Shown: one piece after another, positions 57,001 to 64,000 of the stretch | Numbering within the stretch: position 1 is the stretch's first letter | Layout: the number at the start of each line of letters is the position of its first letter | Assembly (NCBI GenBank): GCA_002269645.1 | Contig: NIVC01000986.1 | Location: 310,001 to 374,000 of the forward strand | DNA from: Macrostomum lignano | Taxonomy: Eukaryota | Direction: 5' to 3' | Length of the DNA: 64,000 nucleotides | The notes under the pieces: generated by a model | Database searches by the model: none | Told to the model about the DNA's origin: nothing | Seen by the model: only the letters and a program-made list of their open reading frames with translations | Translations under genes and position numbers: made by a program

Positions 57001-59377
57001 AAAAAATTTAATGTAGGGACCCTAGGCCCCTATGATTTTAAATAAAAATTATAATATAAGGCCTAGGCCCTATATATAGGCCTATAATTATAAAGTTGTG
57101 CCATTGTGGATTTTCTGATACAAAGTAGACAATATTAGGCCTAATTGGGCCTAGTCTAGTCTAGTTTTGATTATAGACTGTATATTAGATACAAAGGACA
57201 TGAAAGGTCTCGAAATTAAGTACCAACCAATTACCATAATATACTATTATTTTTTATTATTTTGAAACTGTCAGCCTACCATGTGATTTTTATCATTAGG
57301 CTATGGCCTAGGTCTAGGATGCCACTTTAGACTAGGCCTTTGGCTTTGGTTAGGCCAACCTATCATTATAAAAATGCAGCAAAATATCATTCAAAAATAT
57401 ACATCTAACCCCTATAGGTTATCTTTGCATCCCAAATATAATATATAATAGGGTTTCTATTTTCTAATATATCTACAAATACAATTTTCACTGAAGGAGT
57501 GAAGATCAAAATTAGCATGTCAAAAAACCTTACAAGCCACCGAATTTTAAAACTAGCTACCAAAAGTGGAACTGGAAGTATATAGCTAAGAAAAAACATA
57601 AACATAAACATAGCACATAGTGACACATAATGAAATGATGACAACATGCAAGAGTGACAGAGTCCTCTTAGAAAGGAAAAATAGGCCTAGTAATTTATGT
57701 TTATGGGAAGTTAAGTCCGTAATTAACTAAACCGAAACAAAATGGCCAACAAAATTGCTGGTAATATATTCAAAGCAATTTGTAGGTGAAGATTTTAACA
57801 AATTTATTAAACTATTTTTTGTATTTACAATTTCGCTTTTATTAAATATATTTAAAACTTTATTAGATATACATAAAATAGCCTGAAATTTTTTATAAGC
57901 TTAGTTATTTATTTTCCCGTATGAACTCCCTGACATGGATGATTTTACCATGGAAAGTTTTAAAAATCCATGCATGAAAATACCATGAACATGCATGATT
58001 TATCAATGGATCATGGATCATAGATGATTTATCCATGATAAGAGAGTAGGGGGAACAGAGGTAACTCCTCTTCCCAAAGGTAACAAGCTTGAAGACACGG
58101 TGGCAATGCGCAGCCAAGCTCCTAAGTATTTAATATAAGGAGAAGGTTCAGAGAGCAGACGGAGGTGGGCGGTAATCATCGCCGCTTAAGGTGTGCTCCA
58201 GCCTATTTTGAAAGATTTAGGGCAAACTGCCGGGACTCGGCTGGATTTGAGATTAAATCCTGATAATACTCCAAAAGCTGATTCGATTCCCATAAATGGT
58301 ATTGATTGGTTAGCATATTATCATGACTTAGCATACAGAGATGCTGACAAGAACTCACCCGAGGAAGCATTAAGATTAAAACATGAAGCCGATAGAAAAA
58401 TGATTCAAGGATTAGATGATTTACAAGGATTATCGGTAAGCCAAAGATTAACTCGGTGGATGGTTAAAAGGATTCTGCAGTCTGAAGTTAAATTTGGTTT
58501 AGGAATTAATTATAACCGACATGGAAATAATTGTGTTGAATGTTTGCTGTTAAGTGGTAGTGGGTTAAGTTCTGATGAGGCAAAGGTTCTTCACAAAGAA
58601 TACCGAAAACCTAAATTTTATAGAAAAATCATGAACTTCAAAAAGAATGAAATTTGGTATGCTGATTTAATGTCAATGCCAAACGAAAATGGATATAAAT
58701 ATATCTTAACCATACTGGATGGTTTTACTCGATACGCGTGGGCTGTTCCTTTAAAATCCAAAAAAGGAGAAGAAGTTGCTGCTGCTTTTAGAAGCCTTGG
58801 AGAAAAAAGTAAAAGATTGTGTGTTGATGAAGGAAAAGAATTTTACAATCCTCATATGTATAAATTGTATCATTTTGAAAAAGGACAAGAAAGGAAAAAG
58901 GACGCGAATGGGGAGTATATTAATAAAATTCATTCTATTTATGGCGAAAGCAAAAACGCACTGATTGAAAGATTTAATCGAACTTTAGGTAAGAAATTAT
59001 GGTTTCAGTTTAGTCTTAATGGTAACCAAAAGTGGGTAAAAATATTGCCAGACGTCGTGAAAGATTATAATAACTCATATCATTCAGCTATAAAGATGAC
59101 TCCTCAACAAGCTTATAACAATCCTGAAAAAGTTAAAGTTACCTTCGGGGACTTTGAAAAAAATAAAAAGAAACCTTTTAAGGTTGGTGATTCCGTTTAT
59201 ATATATAAATGGAAAGATAAGTTTGAAAAGGGAAGAAAAGGATATTGGAAGATAAGTGAGAAATTTACTATCAGTAAGGTTTTAAATACAAATCCTACAA
59301 CCTATATCATTGCTGATAAGGATGGTGAAGAAATATTGGGTTCTTTTTATGAGAATCAGATAATGTCTGCGAACTAA
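51063..59377 (+). CDS. int: PLA2-integrase fusion; exon 1 51063-51191, exon 2 58230-59377 (one base apparently missing at 58230-58231)
   Basis: Exon 1 ends ELHIPGYSFTG; exon 2 reads (P)GTRLDLRL...YYHDLAY...ADRKM...KFGLGI, then WYADL, VDEGKEF, IERFNRTL. Spliced product about 425 aa. Confidence 0.88.
51732..52279. repeat. 73-bp tandem array (7 units plus a partial)
   Basis: CATTTCAAGGTACTGTAAGAAAAAATAAAACAGCTC... at 51732, 51811, 51884, 51957, 52030, 52103, 52175 and 52248. Confidence 0.95.
52610..54910 (-). CDS. CMC/EnSpm-family transposase, 766 aa, intact
   Basis: ISADG...SFWP...NLP...R, VCDLPA, NGAFSCPRC, IDSLHCFFEG, WKAKHF, NFHLLLH...YGP...SMFAFES. Confidence 0.92.
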   Translation of the reverse strand: MSSKSESEHSLSTNYSAYSCQAISSPSNSFSTSNRSSISSEAGVTHSHSCPDAVETFIGENNAVPVLEESSDSLANLASISDPSVQAALIFQWAITSGVSEAALDRLLKLLSIFSRDSLALPNSVKLLKSLIQDTCPLDDSDVSEFGFCPECKSQCQVHSPKSKVAVTQLNIVPQLRTILSSHTSTILQYEQELQKDKNTDVLNSKIVKEQGLSLSSGKSLHLHLLISADGANFFESVQSSFWPFQAQLLNLPVYIRQRFANLILIALVSSKAVPHFQSFLSEIMNNLPKQFIFSEYTVHVHYTLFVCDLPALAKLFCIHQYNGAFSCPRCLHPGESFKVSEKGKNWIFRYGEGYLFPLRNPSSHLEHCRLAQIRNRPVFGVKMRSCLLDYVPFPSCNPIDSLHCFFEGHTKYLLEELSLPANRRELYFCSANCMDFISNCIRQSITPSSITINTNFKGFSDWKAKHFKNFALYFLLPTFLQRISHFPLKLLLTNLVLIYHMLYSPQSNKTDIEKLCKAFISNAQQIFGPKVLRLNFHLLLHMAEQYELYGPVFNYSMFAFESSIGMFKKFLCGTVSFGPQLVRKFLFQKLLHHYFSCVKDSIVVDAVNSISLEPSRPHGILRNSLAYFNGHFFSTSSACASKNSNHLCQLKSGEICTIAEFLEPNTIRVQILDPIGSLFDFVLRVPAATFPIDLLNWKALLESMFKKSSTFNFVLISLSNAPRSARRERIVNFSEVDRPCIAVPVESFSKDCYCAVPLFKEFEHD
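54960..56580 (-). CDS. Multi-exon accessory gene of the EnSpm element, BEN-like C-terminus (boundaries approximate)
   Basis: Short GT-AG introns, e.g. 35 nt at 55635-55669, join ITSV to EFRCIDGSL...FLRRYIKLRF...; last exon EIWKSVRDHLNQLAREE. Confidence 0.42.
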
Positions 59378-59643
59378 GTTCGAACAGTTACTTAAGGCAA
59401 CATGGTAGTAAATTTTTTATAACAAACAAAAACAATATTATTACTATTATTGTTACTAATATTATTATTGACATTTGTTCAACAGTAATTAGACTTAAAT
59501 TTTCATTAAGTTCATTAATCGGCACATTTCCGATGTAGGAGTAGTTTACCTTCATTTTTTTAAATATTTTTTTAAATATTTAAATATTTTTAAAAATTTT
59601 TCAAAATAAATGTAGTTTCTGTTATAGAATAATAGTTCATTTT

Positions 59644-59862
59644 TTACATACTCTCCGAATCACTAGTTTCATAAGAACTATTTGTTGAGTTGGAATCATC
59701 TGAACGAACCTCCCAATCGTCTGAATTTAAATAATCTCCAAGTTGAAATATTAACTCGCCCTCTTGTTCTAAATCATACAACCCATCCAACTCTAACGGA
59801 TAAAGTTTTAGTTCGTGCTTATCGTCATATTTTAAATAAACTTCATCAATTATTCGATTCAA
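59644..59862 (-). CDS. Small acidic hypothetical protein
   Basis: 72-aa ORF next to the right TIR. Confidence 0.35.
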   Translation of the reverse strand: MNRIIDEVYLKYDDKHELKLYPLELDGLYDLEQEGELIFQLGDYLNSDDWEVRSDDSNSTNSSYETSDSESM

Positions 59863-59945
59863 AATATGCTGTTTTATTATCTCTGAATTTTTAGCAACAG
59901 TCTCAAAAGTATCACAAACTAACAGAAAAGGTGTAAACTCGGTTC

Positions 59946-60266
59946 ATTTTTAGTAACAGAAAAAGACCCTTTGCGCCTGCGGCGCGGCAGCGGGTTATAG
60001 AGTGTTGGAAGTGTTAGAAGAATTGGGTGCGGTACAAAATTGCCAGCAAACTAAGAGGAGTATTCTCAGAATTCAATGAGAATTAATCGTTGTAAGTGTG
60101 AAATGGGGAGATTGACCGAAATGAAGCGAGGATGAGCGAAGCGAGTTGAGCGAAGTGAAGACGAGCGATAATGAAGGGAAAACAAGTCATTTCACACTGA
60201 TAAAGGGTTAAATCTCTTTGAATTATGAGAACGGTTTGCTGGCAATTTTGTACCGTAAATACTACT
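59946..60266. repeat. Right TIR of Maverick C
   Basis: Ends AAATACTACT, followed by the TSD. Confidence 0.95.
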
Positions 60267-60777
60267 GACGTTCAAGCAAGCTCAGAACTTTCCAGTGGGC
60301 AAGAAAGCGTTGAAAAACAGAACTCTTGGAAAGACGTGGCTAGAAAGAAATACTTCTGCTTATTTGCGATTCTCCGCGCCTTAGCTGCTGTTCTGCATTG
60401 ACAAAAAAGGCTGAGGTTGGCGCTAATGATTGAGCAGAGCTCACAAAGCGTGCGCGCACAAGCTGCAGCCCGCGCTGGATGAAGAGGCGGGGAGGGGCTG
60501 TGACTGGCGAGCTGGAGCTGGACGCAGAGCATTTGATTCTTAGGCAGGTAGAGTGAAGGAGTCTCAGAAACAAATCTTGCTCAGACCCCCATTTCCAGAC
60601 AGTTACAGCTGCAGGCTGACTGCAGGTTTTAAGTTTACACCAGGCTCGGCAAAATCCGGCCCGCAGAGCCTCTGCGCCCGGCCTTGGGGTCCTTGTAAAC
60701 TTTACAATAGCAACCCGGCCCGCTCAGGGTTTGTGTCTCTTCTCAGTTCCCTTCTCTATAATCTCCTCTCCCTTCTC

Positions 60778-60895
<118 letters not shown>

Positions 60896-60962
60896 TTCAT
60901 CTTTCCTCCCCCCTCGTCTCCTCTCTTCTCCTTTATTCCCTCGCCTCTGCTTTCTCCTATTT

Positions 60963-62700
60963 CTCCTGTTTGACGGCAGTTACTTTCTGCAGGTGAAAGG
61001 CACTGCCATTGGGAAGTCGTTCGCGCCCAGCTACAGCAACATCTACATGGGCTACTGGGAGCAGAGAGGCCTGGAGACCAGCCCGCAGAAGCCCAGCCTG
61101 TGGCTCCGCTACATCGACGACGTCTTTGGAGTGTGGCGTGGCACAGAGGCGGAGCTGGTCCAGTTCCATGAACACCTGGACGCCCTCGACCCCAACATCC
61201 GACTTCAACTGAGCTACAGCAGCACAGAGGTGAACTTCCTAGACACCACCGTCTTCTGGGACCGCGAAGGCGACAGCAAAAGCCTGGCAACCAGGGTATA
61301 TTTCAAGCCCATCGACAGCCGAGTCCTCATCCACCGCGGCTCCTTCCATCCTAAGCGAACTTTCCGGGGCGTGGTAAAGTCCCAGCTCCTCAGGTACGCC
61401 CGGCGGTGCTCCCGGATGGCCGACTTCGACGCAGCGTGCACCGGGCTGATGTCGAATCTGGTGCAGCACCAAGGCTACAGCCGGCGCTTCCTCCGCACCA
61501 TCAAGTACGACGTGCTGACGGAGCTCGGCTTCTACCCAACCAGACGGTGGGAGTTCGGCTTCCTGCCGTGCAACTCGGCCCGACTCTGCAAGTGCTGCCA
61601 GGCGCACGCCAGGTTCACCTCCGTCTGCCCCGGATCAGCAGCCACGACAGTCCAGCTCATCATCAGTCAGCGGATCGACTGCAACGCCACGAACGCCGTC
61701 ATGCCGTGTTCTGCCGCCGGTGCGACCACACGGTCTACGTCAGCGAGACCGCCAACAGCATCCGTGGTCGCATGCTGGCGCACATCGGTGACATCCGGCA
61801 CACCCGTGACACTCCGGTAGCGCGCCACTTCACCAGCGGTGGCCACAGTCTGACGGACTTCGCCTTCACCGGCATCTGGACACGCGATGGCACAGGACCC
61901 AGAGCTGACGAGCGGCGTCAGCGCCAGGAGGCCAAGTTTATCGAGGTCCTGAGGACTCATGTTCCACACGGCGCCAACGAACTTGCCGGCATACTGCACA
62001 AACCGGCCATCCCGCTGATCCTGCCCCACTGTGCGACCTCCGACGCCCTGGCTGCCAAAGTGAAGGACAGGGTGATACGCCACTGCGAGACCCCGGTGCT
62101 GCCCGCCTACACCAAGGGAGAAGCCTCCGGACTCTGCTCTCTCATAGTCGGCTCGATCCTGCCAACTAGGCCCCTTTTGACGCCTGTACAAAGGCTCTTT
62201 TACTGCTATTTTTCCCCTCTGTGATTTTTTCATTGACTTTATTTTGATTTATTCAGATTATTTATTCTCTGCTTTTTATTCATTTTTCTGACACTGTGTA
62301 CGGTGCACCTGCATTTTTTGCTCTGAGCATTTAATAATAATTTTTATTTACCTTATCTATTTATTTTGCCATTTATTTTTACAATTTTTATTCTACACTT
62401 AAAGGTCGTCTAGGCCCACTTGTACAGTTTTAGCCACCCCCGCTTTTCTCATAGTCTCGGACTTGTTTTTATGTACTGACTATGCGTACTGTTTTAAGTG
62501 CTTGAGCACATCAATTTATCGATCGTCTCTCCCTGGCGATATCGCCTTTATATATTGATGGCAATTCGCGCCAAATAAACTTCACTCGCTTACAGCCCTG
62601 ACGAAGAAATTTAATTTCGAAATATCGGCTACTCAATTTAAATTGACTTTTTTCAGTCCTTTCTGACTTTCTACCGTGTCAGTGCCCGAGATTGGAGGCG
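60963..62700 (+). mobile_element. 5'-truncated Penelope-like element: RT C-terminus plus GIY-YIG endonuclease (frameshifts at about 61700 and 62118)
   Basis: YFLQVKGTAIGKSFAPSYSNIYM, WLRYIDD, VNFLD, VYFKP, SFHP; CNATNAV(Y)AVFC..C...YVSET...R...H...VARHF...E...ANE. Confidence 0.92.
62594..62630 (+). ncRNA. Minimal type I hammerhead ribozyme (PLE-associated)
   Basis: AGCC-CUGACGA-A-GAAAU(UUA)AUUUC-GAAA-UAUC-GGCU: stem I AGCC/GGCU, palindromic stem III AUAU; predicted cleavage after C62626. Confidence 0.85.
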
Positions 62701-62705
62701 CCCTC

Positions 62706-63034
62706 CTCTCTCTCTCTCCCTCTCTCTCTCTCTCCATCTCTCACCCTCTCTCTCTCTCACCCTCTCTCTGCCTCTCTCTCTCCCTCTCTCTGCCTCTCTC
62801 TCTCCCTCTCTCTGCCTCTCTCTCCCTCTCTCTCTCCCTCTCTCTCCCTCTCTCTCTCCCTCTCTCTGCCTCTCTCTCTCCCTCTCTCTCCCTCTCTCTC
62901 ACCCTCTCTCTGCCTCTCTCTCTCCCTCTCTCTGCCTCTCTCTCTCCCTCTCTCTGCCTCTCTCTCCCTCTCTCTGCCTCTCTCTCCCTCTCTCTCTCCC
63001 TCTCTCTCCCTCTCTCTCTCTCCCTCTCTCTCCC

Positions 63035-63065
<31 letters not shown>

Positions 63066-63262
63066 CCCTCTCTCTCCCTCTCTCTCTCCCTCTCTCTGCC
63101 TCTCTCTCTCCCTCTCTCTCCCTCTCTCTCTCTCTCTCCCTCTCTCTCCCTCTCTCTTTCCCTCTCTCTGCCTCTCTCTCTCCCTCTCTCTCCCTCTCTC
63201 TCTCCCTCTCTCTCCCTCTCTCTCTCCCTCTCTCTGCCTCTCTCTCTCCCTCTCTCTCCCTC

Positions 63263-63356
<94 letters not shown>
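62706..63356. repeat. Degenerate (CT)n/(CTCC)n simple repeat
   Basis: About 650 bp of pyrimidine tract. Confidence 0.97.
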
Positions 63357-63360
<4 letters not shown>

Positions 63361-64000
63361 ATTATATCTTTCCTCTCCCCTCGTCTCCTCTCTTCTCCTT
63401 TATTCCCTCGCCTCTGCTTTCTCCTATTTCTCTTTTAGACGTGATGCAGCCAAGTTTATTATTTCTTCACCTCAGCGTTCGAACGAGATTCTGTCGTGAA
63501 TCCTGACACTGAAATCCCGCCTGTTCGGGATAAGTCATCACAGTGGATTTCGTAATTAAAAGTGGCTAAAAATCTACTATTGACAAGAAATAGCTCCGTA
63601 GCCTGTGGCAGGGAAAAAATATTTTCTACATCACAAGCTTATTCGTCTTGTCCGACAACGCTCGAATATCGGTGTTTCAAAACGTCTGTCAACGCTGGCT
63701 CATAGCTCAAAGACACGCTCAGAGGGCTTAAATAAGGTGAGCTTATTCAGCTTTAAAATGAGACCAAGTCTGTAAAAACCGGTTTAGCCAAGCCGAAGCT
63801 GGAATAAATTTACGAGTAGTAAAATACGACACAGAAACTCTCCTATCTAAACTGTAGTCAGCCTGAAGTTGTCTGAAAACTCCTGGTTCTCCTTGGTCAA
63901 GAAAGATGTTCAACTTATATGAGACTTGTAATTCACTTAGCCTTGCTTATTCTCTTATTCTCTTATTCTCTATTATTATGCATTCATCTTAAATTCTGAA

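Larger units (their letters stand above)
51317..58051 (-). mobile_element. Autonomous CMC/EnSpm DNA transposon
   Basis: TIRs CCCTACTCTC...ATGGATAAATCAT, 2-bp TSD GG (51315-51316 and 58052-58053), subterminal CATGGAT/ATCCATG repeats, transposase ORF. Confidence 0.93.
51192..58229 (+). ncRNA. Group I intron (IC1-like); core 51192-51316 plus 58054-58229, with an EnSpm insertion inside
   Basis: 5' exon ends in U and pairs with IGS GCCUG (U.G wobble); terminal G; P AAAUUGCGUGAAA, Q AAUGCGCAGC, R GUUCAGAGAGCA, S AAGGUGUGCUCC; P3, P4, P5abc, P6, P7, P8 and P9 can all be paired. Confidence 0.93.
32347..60266. mobile_element. Complete Maverick/Polinton C containing two nested CMC transposons
   Basis: 6-bp TSD GACGTT (32341-32346 and 60267-60272), TIRs of about 320 bp, pPolB, protease, minor and major capsid, ATPase, integrase. 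Confidence 0.96.

Noticed and set aside
63437-63460. GCAGCCAAG resembling a group I Q motif
   Set aside because: No P, R or S elements nearby.
62676-63506. SL/LS-repeat ORFs (also 60553-60996)
   Set aside because: Translations of (CT)n tracts.

Overview
The window is eukaryotic nuclear DNA, most likely animal, and consists almost entirely of nested mobile elements. (A) The right part of a Maverick/Polinton (<1-19266) carries pPolB, ATPase, protease, major and minor capsid and integrase genes, plus an unusual TBP-like gene and a tandem-PC4 gene. It inserted into the tyrosine-recombinase gene of a DIRS-type element. Its integrase is split by a young Ty3/Gypsy LTR retrotransposon (8208-16810, 4-bp TSD, LTRs differing at 1 of 523 bp) whose Gag carries a cold-shock domain. 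(B) A decayed second Maverick (about 20.3-24.8 kb) is followed by an unidentified multi-hairpin region and by Maverick-end hairpin units flanking a 21-bp array. (C) A complete third Maverick (32347-60266; TIRs about 320 bp; TSD GACGTT) encodes a phage-like fibre with discoidin and L-type lectin domains and is hit by two CMC/EnSpm DNA transposons. (D) A 5'-truncated Penelope-like element has a hammerhead ribozyme. The main finding is a canonical IC1-like group I self-splicing intron (51192-58229; 301 nt once a 6.7-kb EnSpm insertion is removed). It interrupts the Ca2+-loop motif of the PLA2-integrase gene of Maverick C and lies about 100 nt downstream of a free-standing HNH endonuclease. Many ORFs are broken by single-base deletions, often in short homopolymers, which may be assembly errors. 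All protein and RNA assignments come from motif recognition by eye; no database search was run.
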